Source of the DNA: an uncultured Pseudomonadota bacterium
Lineage (GTDB): Bacteria; Oederibacteriota; Muellerivitia; Muellerivitales; Muellerivitaceae
DNA length: 64,000 nt
Reading direction: 5' to 3'
Assembly (NCBI GenBank): GCA_963770835.1
Contig: CAVYRH010000020.1
Location: 23,213 to 87,212, forward strand
In this document: positions 27,518 to 37,677 of the stretch, in pieces
Position numbering within the stretch: the first letter of the stretch is position 1
Layout of the letters: the number at the start of each line of letters is the position of its first letter
Notes under the pieces: generated by a model
Databases searched by the model: none
The model's input: the letters and a program-made list of their open reading frames with translations, nothing else
Told to the model about the DNA's origin: nothing
Made by a program: the position numbers and the translations under genes

Positions 27518-29365
27518 TTAATTCTCTAGTTTGGATATTCGGGATATTTTTTGAAGAAACTCCCGGGGAGTCAAAAACCCTACCCCCCTTAAGTCTTTTC
27601 TTTCCTGGCCATCGGGCCCCAAGAAAACCAGCGTGGGAACGCCCATGATGCCGTAGGTCTTTTTCACCTCCTCCACGGGCGCGGAGGAATATTGGGTGAG
27701 GTCGGCCTTCAGGAGAACCCAGCTTTTCAGGGCCTCATGCACCTGGGGGTCGGAAAAAGTTTTGATTTCCAATTCCTTGCAGGGCAGGCACCATCCCGCT
27801 GAGAAATCCACAAAAACTGGCTTCCCTTCCTTTTGGGCCTCCTGGAGCAAAGCGGGGTCGTAGTTCTGGAAGGGCAGTTCCACCGGCTGCGGCCAAGCCT
27901 GGTAAACCAAAAGCCCGAAGGCGACCAGTACGATTCCAAAAGCGTGCTGGAATAGCTTGAACCCCGGGGTCACTCCCTTGCCCGAGAAAACCCAACCCAG
28001 CAGTACGCCACAAACCAAAAGATAAGTTGGTACAGCGTAATGGCTGAAGTCCTTGGAGAGGATCGAGTTCAAAAAATAAAGCGGCATCCCAAAGAGTATC
28101 AACCCGAAAATCTTCTTCACCCACACCATCCACATGCCCGACTTGGGCAGGCGCTGGATCTCGGTGGAAAAGAATCCCAGCCAGACATAGGGGAAACCCA
28201 GCCCTAGGGAGAGCGTGAAAAACATGATGAAACCCAGGAAGGGGTTGGCCTTGGCGGCCACGAAAGTCAGGAGGCCGATGGAAAAGGGGTCCACGCAAGG
28301 GGCGGCCACAATACCGAAGACCAGCCCCATGCCCAGGGCGCCCAGCCATCCTTGGGTGTTGGTGGAGGCGATCTTGTTGAGCAGCCAGGCGGGGGCTTGT
28401 ATCTCGTAAAGACCGAACATCGAAAAGGAGAGGACGACCAGCACGGCCGAAATGCCGGCCAAAACCAAGGGCGACTGAAGGGTGGAACCCAGGATCTTCC
28501 CCGTCATAGCCGCCGTGACGCCCAAGGAGGAATAAGTGATGGAGATGCCCACCACATAAGCGACCGCCCTTCCCAGGATCACGCCCGCTTTCTCTGCCCT
28601 CTGGTTTCCAAAATAAGAAATGGTCAATGGAATCATGGGGTAAACGCAGGGCGTCAAGTTGAGGGCCAGGCCGCCGAGGAAAATCAAAACGAAGGTCAGG
28701 AGGAGGCCGTTGGCCTTGATGTATTTGGCGATGATGTTTTCCTGGGGTTCGGTTCCACCCTGGGAGGCCAGGTTGTTTTGGAACAGCTCCGGGTGGAACG
28801 GCGCCACGGGCTGGTTTAAGTTCGCCACCTCCACCGAAATCGTCACGAGTATCACGGCCGGGGCCAAGCAGACCTGGTTGTTGCAGGCCTGGACCCGGAG
28901 GTTCAGGGGGATGGAGAGGTTTCCCTTGGGGGTGTCGGGCCCCAATTGAACATCGGCGAAAAGGGTGGCCGCTTCCTGGTAAACAGGAAAAGCCTGGCCT
29001 ACACCGCCCAGGGCTTCGGATTTTCCCTGGGGATACCGCGGCGCCCCGGAAAGTGAGGCGGGCGAACCAATGGCGGCCGTTAGTTCCACCGGGATAAAAC
29101 CTTCCGGCAGGCCCTCGTGGGCGTTCACGTGCCAGCCCTTCTTAATTTGCAGGACGACCGCGGCGGTAAAAAGAGTTCCGGGGTGGAGGGGTTTTAAGGA
29201 AGGATAGGCCTGGGCCTGCACCACCTGGGCGCTGTTGGCCGAAAGGCCCTCTTGGGCAACAGCCCCGCTGAGGGGAAACAAAAGGAAGATGCCCAATAGC
29301 CAGTGGAATTTCATCGTGATTCCCATTACCCGTTTTTCCCGCGGAAGGTTACCCTTCCCGCCCAT
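27518..29365 (-). CDS. dsbD: Thiol:disulfide interchange protein DsbD (real start likely 29326 or 29314)
   Basis: N-domain CNNQVC; TM domain LTPCVYPM and AAPC; thioredoxin WCLPC. Confidence 0.93.
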   Translation of the reverse strand: MGGKGNLPREKRVMGITMKFHWLLGIFLLFPLSGAVAQEGLSANSAQVVQAQAYPSLKPLHPGTLFTAAVVLQIKKGWHVNAHEGLPEGFIPVELTAAIGSPASLSGAPRYPQGKSEALGGVGQAFPVYQEAATLFADVQLGPDTPKGNLSIPLNLRVQACNNQVCLAPAVILVTISVEVANLNQPVAPFHPELFQNNLASQGGTEPQENIIAKYIKANGLLLTFVLIFLGGLALNLTPCVYPMIPLTISYFGNQRAEKAGVILGRAVAYVVGISITYSSLGVTAAMTGKILGSTLQSPLVLAGISAVLVVLSFSMFGLYEIQAPAWLLNKIASTNTQGWLGALGMGLVFGIVAAPCVDPFSIGLLTFVAAKANPFLGFIMFFTLSLGLGFPYVWLGFFSTEIQRLPKSGMWMVWVKKIFGLILFGMPLYFLNSILSKDFSHYAVPTYLLVCGVLLGWVFSGKGVTPGFKLFQHAFGIVLVAFGLLVYQAWPQPVELPFQNYDPALLQEAQKEGKPVFVDFSAGWCLPCKELEIKTFSDPQVHEALKSWVLLKADLTQYSSAPVEEVKKTYGIMGVPTLVFLGPDGQERKDLRGVGFLTPREFLQKISRISKLEN

Positions 29366-29434
29366 AAAAAAAGCCCCAAAGCGGGAAAACCGCTGAAGGG
29401 CTTATTTTAGACGCCCGAGATGGGCAATCGGGAC

Positions 29435-30451
29435 TTAATTGATCTTCCGGGTGGATTCCCTTTCCATCAGTTCGGCCTGGAGCGTGGTGGCTTTCTCCTC
29501 CAGGGGTTCCTCGGCGATGATCTGGAACATCTTTTGCGCCGCCAGTTTTCCCATTTCATAGGCGGAGAAAGCCACGGTGGTCAGTGGCGGATCGTGGTAG
29601 ACGGCCTCTTCCATGTTGTCGAACCCAATAATGGATATATCCTGAGGCACGGAAACGCCTTTTTCTTTCAGGGCCCGGACCGCGCCGATGGCCATCAAGT
29701 CGCTGGCGCAAATGATGGCGCTGGGGCGGCGTACCGCCGAGATGATCTTCAGGGCCGCCTTGTATCCCCCTTCTTCCTCGTAATCGCCGTCGGCGGCCCA
29801 TTCGTTTTGGAACTCCAACTTATGCTCGGCCAGGTTTTCTTGGAATGACTGGAAACGCTCCAGGGCGTTGGTGGTGGTCATTTTCCCGTTGATGATGCCG
29901 ATGCGCTCATGGCCCAATTGGACCAGGTGGTCGACAGCCTTTTTGACCCCCCCGCGATTGTCAAACCCGACATAGGGCAGGTCTTCCTGGCCGGTGATCT
30001 TGCCGTTGACCAGCACGAAGGGCACGTTCGCCTCCACGAGGTCCCGGATGGAGGCGTCCGTGGACCAGGCGTTCAGAACGAACATTCCGTCCACGCTACC
30101 GTCGCCAAGGAGGGTGCGGTAAGAAACCTGTGCCCGGGCCGTTTCGTTCAAGGGATGCAAAAGAAGGCGGTATTGCTTTTCGGCGGCCACTTCCTCCAGA
30201 CCTTCCATGATGCTGGTGAAAAAAGGGCTATGGAAAATGGACGTGTGGTGCGGGGCGATGACGCCGCAAATCCGGGAATGCTTCTGTCTTAAACGGCGGG
30301 CGTGGGCCTGGGGTTTGTAATGCAGGTCCTTGATGGCGACCAAAACCTTCTTGCGGCAGTCCTCGCTGACCCATTTCTTGTTGTTGAGAACCCTCGAAAC
30401 GGTTCCAATGGTCACTCCCGCTCTTTTGGCGACGTCCTTGATGGTTGCCAC
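29435..30451 (-). CDS. LacI-family transcriptional regulator
   Basis: TIKDVAKRAGVTIGTVSRVLN; VPQDISIIGFDN; PPLTTV; RBS GAGG before GTG 30451. Confidence 0.95.
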   Translation of the reverse strand: MATIKDVAKRAGVTIGTVSRVLNNKKWVSEDCRKKVLVAIKDLHYKPQAHARRLRQKHSRICGVIAPHHTSIFHSPFFTSIMEGLEEVAAEKQYRLLLHPLNETARAQVSYRTLLGDGSVDGMFVLNAWSTDASIRDLVEANVPFVLVNGKITGQEDLPYVGFDNRGGVKKAVDHLVQLGHERIGIINGKMTTTNALERFQSFQENLAEHKLEFQNEWAADGDYEEEGGYKAALKIISAVRRPSAIICASDLMAIGAVRALKEKGVSVPQDISIIGFDNMEEAVYHDPPLTTVAFSAYEMGKLAAQKMFQIIAEEPLEEKATTLQAELMERESTRKIN

Positions 30452-30689
30452 TTTATCCTCCCTGGTTAGTTTTATGGATTGGCGCAAATCCGGCTTAAAG
30501 TTTTAAAAAGCTATTTGATTCCGGCTGAAAACGATCCATGTCGAAGTCAATTTCTGGCAAATTTTAACCAGTTTTCAATGGGAATTACCAGGGCAAAGCC
30601 ATTCAGGAATTTGGGACATCTTCGAAATCTTTCAGGCATGTCAGCATTTTGGGCAATCAAGAAATTAATCTTTTTAACGGTACAACGGG

Positions 30690-31682
30690 TCAAGTTTTGG
30701 GCGAAAGGCGGACCGAGAGCTCCCCCAACGAAAAGTTGATCGAATAAACCCCTTGTTTGTCCGGCTGCAGGCTCCGGCCCCCTTGCAACACTTTCATAAC
30801 ATTTGAATCCGTTGCGGCGGAAGGATTGAACCGGACCTTCAACAAAACAGGGTCCGGAAAATGGTCCGGAACTTTCCAGGTCCAATTTTTTTCGGGGCCG
30901 GATTCATGGACTGCGACCTTCTCAAAAATCTTTTCGGCGCGGAAATAGCACCCCACTTCCAAAAAAGTCCCCACCCAAATGTCCTTCGATTGAAGGTAGT
31001 CCAATAGGCCCTCGAAGTTCTTCTTCGAGATCGGTTCCCAACCGGATTTCGTCCCTTCCAAACCGTGGATCACCCAAACTAGCCATCCCCCTTTTTTATT
31101 ATCGGCGTCGACCCATTTTTTGTAGGTGGAAAGGGGGGTGTCCGTCAGGGTTCCCCGGGCGGGAATATTCAGCCAATCCGGATTCTGGTCCGGCGTTAAC
31201 TCATAGTTTTCGGCGTAACCGCCCCTGGCCAAAAGATGAGTGCTTTCCACCCATTTCCTCAGGCCCGGGGAAATTTCAACGAAAGGATAGGCGAAGGTAT
31301 AAACGGTGACCCCAAACTCCTTTTGCAGGACGTGCTGGGCGCCTTCCACTTGGGATTGTTCGTCATTGGGAGTCAAATCCTTGGCGTGTTTATGGTCCAA
31401 CGTGTGGTTGCCGATTTCATGGCCCGCGGCCAGAATTTTCCGCCAGTCGTCTTTCCGGACGATTTGGTTGGCAATCAGGAAGAAAGTGCCGTGCATGTTG
31501 CGCCGGTTGAGCTCCGGCACCGCCACATCCAGATGGGAAGGGTCGCCGTCGTCGAAGGTCAGGGAAGTCGCGGCCTTGTGCCCGTTCCAGGGAAGCACTT
31601 TGACGTCGGGGAAAACCTCCCCAGCCCAAAGCGTGGATGCACCCAGTAAAAGGCCCCCTATCAAAAAAAACCGGAATTTCAC
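30690..31682 (-). CDS. Exported polysaccharide deacetylase (CE4/NodB)
   Basis: Signal peptide; LTFDDG; HEIGNHTLDH; FAYPF. Confidence 0.88.
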   Translation of the reverse strand: MKFRFFLIGGLLLGASTLWAGEVFPDVKVLPWNGHKAATSLTFDDGDPSHLDVAVPELNRRNMHGTFFLIANQIVRKDDWRKILAAGHEIGNHTLDHKHAKDLTPNDEQSQVEGAQHVLQKEFGVTVYTFAYPFVEISPGLRKWVESTHLLARGGYAENYELTPDQNPDWLNIPARGTLTDTPLSTYKKWVDADNKKGGWLVWVIHGLEGTKSGWEPISKKNFEGLLDYLQSKDIWVGTFLEVGCYFRAEKIFEKVAVHESGPEKNWTWKVPDHFPDPVLLKVRFNPSAATDSNVMKVLQGGRSLQPDKQGVYSINFSLGELSVRLSPKT

Positions 31683-31706
31683 TCGCGTAGTCCCCCGGGT
31701 TTTGGC

Positions 31707-31743
31707 AAAAAAATAACCCCGCCGGAGTCTCCCGGCGGGGTTA
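31707..31743 (-). terminator. Rho-independent terminator of amtB-glnK
   Basis: TAACCCCGCCGG...CCGGCGGGGTTA hairpin with an A7 run on the plus strand (U tract on minus). Confidence 0.85.
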
Positions 31744-31768
31744 GCAGTCTATTATAAAAGTCCTATTT

Positions 31769-32107
31769 TTACAGGGCTTTATCCCCTTTTTCACCGGTGC
31801 GGATACGGATCGCATTAGCAACTGGTGAGATAAAAATCTTCCCATCGCCGATCTCGCCGGTCCGGGTGGACTTGATGATGATGTTGACGACTTTGTTCAC
31901 CTGCTTGTCGCCCACCACCGCCGTCACCACCAGTTTCGGGAGCAGCCCTTCCACGCTTTGCCCCCGGTAGGACTCGGTGATGCCCTTTTGTTTCCCATGG
32001 CCCTGCACCTCGGTCACCGTCACGCCGGGATAGCCAACTGCCTTCAACCCGTCCAAAACCATTCTCAATGCGCTGGGGCGTATGATCGCTTCAATTTTCT
32101 TCATCAT
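31769..32107 (-). CDS. glnK: P-II nitrogen regulatory protein
   Basis: KKIEAIIRP, GHGKQKG, TGEIGDGKIF, RIRTGE; directly downstream of amtB. Confidence 0.93.
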   Translation of the reverse strand: MMKKIEAIIRPSALRMVLDGLKAVGYPGVTVTEVQGHGKQKGITESYRGQSVEGLLPKLVVTAVVGDKQVNKVVNIIIKSTRTGEIGDGKIFISPVANAIRIRTGEKGDKAL

Positions 32108-32149
32108 TATTTTGCCTCCTCAAGGTAACTCAATTTTGAATTCCAAGCC

Positions 32150-33505
32150 TTAAATGTGATACCCCTCTTCGCCGTGTTGGGAGAGGTCCAACCCCAGTTC
32201 CTCTTCCTTGGCCGGAACCCTCATGCCGATGGTTTTTTCCACGAGGAAGTAGAGGATGATGGTAACGAGGACAGAATAAACCGCCGTGGCCGCCACTGTC
32301 TTCAACTGAATGAAGAATTGCTCCGGATTGCCCGCGAAAAGTCCGTCCCTGCCGTTGACGGCTTTCAAGGCGAATAAACCGGTCGCCAAGGCGCCCCAGG
32401 TGCCGCCGACGCCGTGGACCCCGAAGGCGTCCAGGGAATCGTCATAGCCCATTTTCACCTTCACTTGGATGGCGCTATAGCAAAGGATGCTCACGACAAT
32501 GCCGATGAGGAGGGAGGCCTTCAAATCCACGAAGCCGCAGGCGGGGGTGATGGCCACCAAGCCCGCCACCGCACCCGAGGCCGCTCCAAGCGAAGAGGCT
32601 TTCCCGTGGTGAAAAAGCTCAATGACGCACCAAGTAATGGCCGCCATGGCGGTGGCCGTGTTGGTGGTCACGAAGGCGTTGCAGGCCAGGGCATTGGCGG
32701 CTCCCGCCGACCCTGCGTTAAACCCGAACCAGCCGAACCAAAGGAGGCTTGCTCCCAAAAGCACCATCGTAAGGTTGTGGGGAATCATGGACTCTTTTCC
32801 ATAGCCCTTCCGGGTCCCCAAAAGCAAAGCCAGGGTCAAGCGCGGAATAACCGGAGGACATATGGACCACCGTTCCACCCGCAAAATCCAGGGCGTCCTT
32901 GAAATAACCGCCGCCCCAAACCCAATGGGCGATGGGATCGTACACGAAGGTGGCCCAAAGGAGGGAGAAGGCAACGAAGCCCTTGAACTTCACCCTTTCG
33001 GCATAGGCTCCGCAGATGAGGGCGGGCGTGATGATGGCGAACATCGCCTGGAAGATCATGAAGGCATAATGGGGAACAGTCGGCGCCGCTGGATTCACCG
33101 TCGGCATATTGTCGAGGAAAAGCCAGCCCAGCCCCCCCAATAGTTGCTGCCGTTGTTGCCGAAGGCGAGGGAATATCCCCAGATGACCCACTGGACGCTG
33201 ATGAGCGCCACCAGGAAAAAGCTCTGTAGGATGGTGGCCATCACGTTCTTCTTACGGACCATGCCGCCGTAGAAGAAGGCTAATCCCGGCGTCATCAACA
33301 GGACCAATGCCGCCGAGGTCAAAACCCAGGCCGTATCCCCGGCGCTGATGGCGGGTGCGGCGGGAGCCACCGGTACAGGTCTTGCCGCCGAGGCAACCGC
33401 CTGTTGGGCCCATACCGATGCCGCAACCAGAAATGAAAAACCGGCCGCGGCCAAGGCGGTTGTTTTCCCATTCAACAAAACCCTCAAATTTCCCGAAAAT
33501 CGCAT
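32150..33505 (-). pseudogene. amtB: Ammonium transporter AmtB, split over three ORFs by two compensating frameshifts (possibly sequencing error)
   Basis: GDTAWVL, PGLAFFYGG | [21 protein letters not shown] | [19 protein letters not shown]; one base missing in the C7 run 33132-33138 and one extra base near 32838-32842; ATG 33505 with GGAGG RBS. Confidence 0.9.
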
Positions 33506-33807
33506 TACGCTTCTCCTCCCCCGAATTTTCTGAGAAACAGCTCCCCTAAAAGCAAGACCGTAATACTCTTCGGCACCCTTCTCGTACATCGTCCGGATCA
33601 TAAAACACGGGAAAAACCCTCTCTCGAAACGGGAGGTATTGTCGGCCATTCTTTTTTGTTTTCAAATTAAAAAAACGTAGATTCGGCATAAAATGTTAGG
33701 ACGGCGTTAGGGTCGGTTTGGCATTTTCGTGAATTTTTGGGAATCGTTCGTCTTTTCATGGTTCCTTTTCTTAGAATCGCTCATCATTTCTTCGTTAAAA
33801 CCTAAAA

Positions 33808-34977
33808 TTGGATTTCAATGACATGAACACTTTCTTGGAAGAAGCCGAAAAAGCCCGGACCCAATCCCAATTTAAAAGGGCCCAAGAAATTTATTCACGC
33901 CTTTTGTGGAAAAAGGGTTTAGATACCGAAGAAAAAATCGAAGCTTATTTGAGCCTCGCGGACGTGGAACGCATCCAAGGCCTCTTCCCACAGGCTCTGA
34001 CGCATTACCAACAGGCCGCCCGGTTGTTCAAGGGCCGCCACGGGAAGTCTTGTTGGGATGCCCAGGTGGGATGGGCTTTAGCGGCGAGGGCTTGTGGACG
34101 CCCCAAGGAAGCCCTCGTCATTCTTCATAAAGCCTTGGCCGTCTATCAAAAGGAAAAAGATTTAGAAGGCCAGGCGTTCGCCCATTGGGCGCTCGGTGGA
34201 ACCTTGCGGATTTCCGGTAACATGAAGGGCGGGCTGAAGGAACTTCTCACGGCCCTTGAAATGTTCAAGTCTTTAAAGAATTCGGAAGGAGTTGCCTACA
34301 CCTGTTGCGCCTTGGGTGGAATCTACCGCATGTTGGGCCGCTACTCCGATTCGGGAAAATACTACCGGGAAGCGAACCGCCGCATGCGCCAACGAAAGGA
34401 TACCTTCGGCATCGCCTATTCCTATTGCGGCCTGGGGAACGTGGAGCGCATGGGCCACCGTTTCCAACAGGCCCTTCCCTTTTACCGGAAAGCCGAAAAA
34501 CTTTACGGTGCCATCGGTGACCGTGTCAGTTACGCCTATACCCTCTGGTCCCTTGGGACGACTCATAAGATGATGCAGCTTTCTTCCAAGGCGACTACTT
34601 ACTTTTTAAAGGCGGACAAATTATTCGAACAAACAGGTGATACCCGCGGAAGGATTTATGTCTCCATAGGCTTAAGTGAACTGACTGCAATGTTTTCGGT
34701 AAAATCAAAACTCAGAAAAACAATTGAGACTTATATTCGAAAAAAAAAGCTGAACAAAATCCCAATCACTGAATTTCCGTGGGAAGGACTTCACGAATTC
34801 TCCATGCTTTATTTACTTCTCATCCAAGCAGGAGAAACGTTGGCCAAGATGTCCAAAACGCCGAAATCAAGGGCGTTAGAAAAAGCATCCTTGGAAGCAA
34901 TTGGGGATTTGAGAAATAAATATCGAAAGAAGGGCTCTCGTTTTTACCCAAAATCCATACCTGTAAACTGGCCTTAA
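33808..34977 (+). CDS. Tetratricopeptide-repeat protein (MalT-like TPR)
   Basis: Repeats of about 40 aa with A..Y..LG..Y...G.Y..A..YY pattern. Confidence 0.85.
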   Translation: MDFNDMNTFLEEAEKARTQSQFKRAQEIYSRLLWKKGLDTEEKIEAYLSLADVERIQGLFPQALTHYQQAARLFKGRHGKSCWDAQVGWALAARACGRPKEALVILHKALAVYQKEKDLEGQAFAHWALGGTLRISGNMKGGLKELLTALEMFKSLKNSEGVAYTCCALGGIYRMLGRYSDSGKYYREANRRMRQRKDTFGIAYSYCGLGNVERMGHRFQQALPFYRKAEKLYGAIGDRVSYAYTLWSLGTTHKMMQLSSKATTYFLKADKLFEQTGDTRGRIYVSIGLSELTAMFSVKSKLRKTIETYIRKKKLNKIPITEFPWEGLHEFSMLYLLLIQAGETLAKMSKTPKSRALEKASLEAIGDLRNKYRKKGSRFYPKSIPVNWP

Positions 34978-34980
34978 AAC

Positions 34981-35011
34981 AAAAAAGGCGGCTCCAAAGG
35001 AGCCGCCTTTT
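34981..35011. terminator. Bidirectional terminator between the TPR gene and htpX
   Basis: AAAAAAGGCGGCTCC-AAA-GGAGCCGCCTTTT. Confidence 0.9.
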
Positions 35012-35024
35012 GAAATATACCGGG

Positions 35025-35930
35025 TTAATCTCCCGAAATAATCACAGAACCCGATTCCAACCTTGCGATGCGCTGTTCCAGGGGCGGATGACTGGCGAAA
35101 ATGGAACCTCCGGGGGCTGAAATTTTAAAGGCCGCCAGGGAAGCCGGCTCCGCGGGCTTAGGGCGGTCGATGTATTTCTGCAAGGCCCTTAGGGCGTCCG
35201 CCATCCGGTGCCGGCTCGTCAACTTGGCTCCACCGGCATCCGCGCGATATTCACGCCACCTTGAAAACCACATGATGACCATCATTCCCAACAGACCCAG
35301 GACCATTTGCAACGCCTGCCGGATGAAGAATTGGGCCATAAAGTTGCTTTCCCGGCGGTCGCTACCCCTCGTCAAGGCGATGGAAATAACCCAGGCCAGG
35401 AAAAACACGAAGGAATTGATGACGCCTTGGAGCAGGGTCATAGTCACCATGTCCCCGTTGGTGATGTGGGTCATTTCATGGCCGAGGACGGACTCGATTT
35501 GGTCCCGGTCCATGGCGGTAAAAAGACCCGTGGAAACGGCTACAAGGGCACTGTCCTTGCCCGGGCCGGTGGCAAAGGCATTGGGATCGGGGCTCTGGTA
35601 AATCCCGACTTCCGGCATGGTGGTAAGGCCCGCCTTCTGGGCGAGGCCATAAACGGTCTGAACCAGCCATCTTTCATCGGCTCCGCCGGGGTTCTCCGGA
35701 TCCAAAACCTGGACCCTCATGGCCATCTTGGCCATCCAACGCGATATCAGGAGGGAGATAAAGGCTCCCCCAAAACCCCAAAAAAGACAGAAGATCATCA
35801 GTGAGACGTAATCGATTCCGTTCCGGTTGAGATAAGGTTGAAGCCCGAAAAGATTGACCAGGAGCATGAGAGTGGCCATCACAAGAATATTGGTGGCCAC
35901 GAACAGGAAGGTACGGCGTAACCACATCAT
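35025..35930 (-). CDS. htpX: Zinc metalloprotease HtpX
   Basis: PNAFATG, HEMTH, NGDMVTMTL, SRWREYRAD, SHPPLEQRI. Confidence 0.96.
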   Translation of the reverse strand: MMWLRRTFLFVATNILVMATLMLLVNLFGLQPYLNRNGIDYVSLMIFCLFWGFGGAFISLLISRWMAKMAMRVQVLDPENPGGADERWLVQTVYGLAQKAGLTTMPEVGIYQSPDPNAFATGPGKDSALVAVSTGLFTAMDRDQIESVLGHEMTHITNGDMVTMTLLQGVINSFVFFLAWVISIALTRGSDRRESNFMAQFFIRQALQMVLGLLGMMVIMWFSRWREYRADAGGAKLTSRHRMADALRALQKYIDRPKPAEPASLAAFKISAPGGSIFASHPPLEQRIARLESGSVIISGD

Positions 35931-36047
35931 GTATTTCCTCCAAAAGTGAATTGAAAAGGGCAAAAAACCAACGCGGTTAAGTTACTCACCAGGGCAATAG
36001 TTTTCAAGGTATAAACCGGCGCCTTGAATTTATCCGTTAATGGTTTG

Positions 36048-36788
36048 TTAACGATCTTGGGAAATTGTTTGTCGAAGGAATTTAGAAACTTCCGACATGG
36101 ATTCCATCGTAATTGTGTGGCCCATGAGAAATTCCTTTACCGACACCGAGTGATAACCCGTTTGCCGAAGGGACTCGGCCGCGCGGCGCGACCCCTCGAT
36201 CGGAACCACCTCATCCTCGGTCCCGTGGATTAAAAGAATGGGCGTCTCAAACGGAGCTTCGGCTTTAGTGAGAGTGGCCCAGGGATCGGGCATGTAACCG
36301 CTCATAGAAACAATCGCCGCGACTTTTCCTTTGTAGTTCAACCCCGCTTCCAAGGACATCACCCCGCCTTGGGAAAAACCCATGAGAACAACGGGCCGCG
36401 AACTCTTTTCGCTTCCAGGGGAAGGACGTAGGTTGGGGTCATCAGAGAAGCGATCCAGCACCTTGAAGAGATAGTCCCGGCTTTGTTCAATTTCTTTCCG
36501 GTTTTGGGCCTGGAAGTCGTACCAGGCATAGGCTCCTTCAGGATGGCCGGGCAAATGGAGCGGCGCGTCAGGCAGTACGAACCGGCAATGGGGCAGTTTC
36601 AATTGTTCGCAAAAGGGCACGAGGTCGTCCGCGTTGGCGCCCAACCCGTGCAGGGTGATAATCACAGGCGCCCCCGGCGGAATGACGGGCGGGTCCAGCA
36701 CGAGGCAACTGTGTTTATCGACTTGGGTTTCGGAAAGAATCAAAGGCTTGCTCCCCCGGGAAAGTTTCAACCGTCCGCGCTTCAACAC
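36048..36788 (-). CDS. Phospholipase/carboxylesterase (alpha/beta hydrolase)
   Basis: LHGLG, AWYD, GFSQG, HGTEDEVV, MGH. Confidence 0.92.
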   Translation of the reverse strand: MLKRGRLKLSRGSKPLILSETQVDKHSCLVLDPPVIPPGAPVIITLHGLGANADDLVPFCEQLKLPHCRFVLPDAPLHLPGHPEGAYAWYDFQAQNRKEIEQSRDYLFKVLDRFSDDPNLRPSPGSEKSSRPVVLMGFSQGGVMSLEAGLNYKGKVAAIVSMSGYMPDPWATLTKAEAPFETPILLIHGTEDEVVPIEGSRRAAESLRQTGYHSVSVKEFLMGHTITMESMSEVSKFLRQTISQDR

Positions 36789-36789
36789 C

Positions 36790-37668
36790 TCATTTTGCCT
36801 TCAGGGCTTGGAGGGCCGCGTCCCGCACCTTCAAATCCGGGTCGTTTTTGCTCAAGGCCACCAACTGGTCATGCAGGTTGGCATTGTTTAATTCCCGGAC
36901 TCCTTCGACAGCTGCCAGCTTGGAGGATTGGATTATTTCATCCGAAGGCTGCCCCGTGGTTTTCAAGGCCATCATTTCCAGCAAGGTGGGAACGGCCTTT
37001 TCGTCCTTCAAACGCGCCAGGGCCACGGCTGAATCATAGCGAAGGGCTGGGTTTGAATCCCCCAGGTTGTTTTCCAAGGCGTTCTTGGCCGGGGCATATC
37101 GCAGGGCACTCAAGGCCCCCACGGCCATGCGTTTCACCGCAGGGTCGGAATCGCCAAGGGCCAAAAGCGCGGCGGGCCCTCCCGCCGGGTCTTCGATATT
37201 GCCCAAGGCCCAGAGGCTGTAGATTTTTACGTCGTTGGATTCGTCGGTGACCGCCTCCGAAAGGGCCGGAACGGCGGTTTTTTCTTTAAGGCGCCCCAAT
37301 ACCAACGCCAGGTATTCCCGCACCCGGGGGTCGTCGGTTTTAGCCTCGGAGAAAGTTTTCACCAGTTCCGCCCTCAAGGATTCGTCGAACTGGATTTTCT
37401 CGCCCTGGTTCAACATGCGGGAAAGCTCGTAGGCCGCCTGCCAGCGGCGGCTGGTGCTGTCGCTTTTGAGTTCCTCCAAGTATTGCTGCGCGCTTTTAGG
37501 ATGCTGGAGGGCGATAGTACCCAGTAGGAAAATGCCCAGGGCCATGGCCACGATCAAAGCGGGGACAATGAAGAGTTTTACAAAGAGGGAAAAGCCTGAT
37601 TCCGGGGCGTAAAGCGGGCCCTCGGGGGGTGTCTCAGGCCCGGTTGGATTGGTTGGGTTCTCGGCCAT
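36790..37668 (-). CDS. Membrane-anchored HEAT-repeat protein
   Basis: One TM helix followed by repeats such as DPRVREYLALVLG and DPAVKRMAVGAL. Confidence 0.85.
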   Translation of the reverse strand: MAENPTNPTGPETPPEGPLYAPESGFSLFVKLFIVPALIVAMALGIFLLGTIALQHPKSAQQYLEELKSDSTSRRWQAAYELSRMLNQGEKIQFDESLRAELVKTFSEAKTDDPRVREYLALVLGRLKEKTAVPALSEAVTDESNDVKIYSLWALGNIEDPAGGPAALLALGDSDPAVKRMAVGALSALRYAPAKNALENNLGDSNPALRYDSAVALARLKDEKAVPTLLEMMALKTTGQPSDEIIQSSKLAAVEGVRELNNANLHDQLVALSKNDPDLKVRDAALQALKAK

Positions 37669-37677
37669 GGAATCTCC

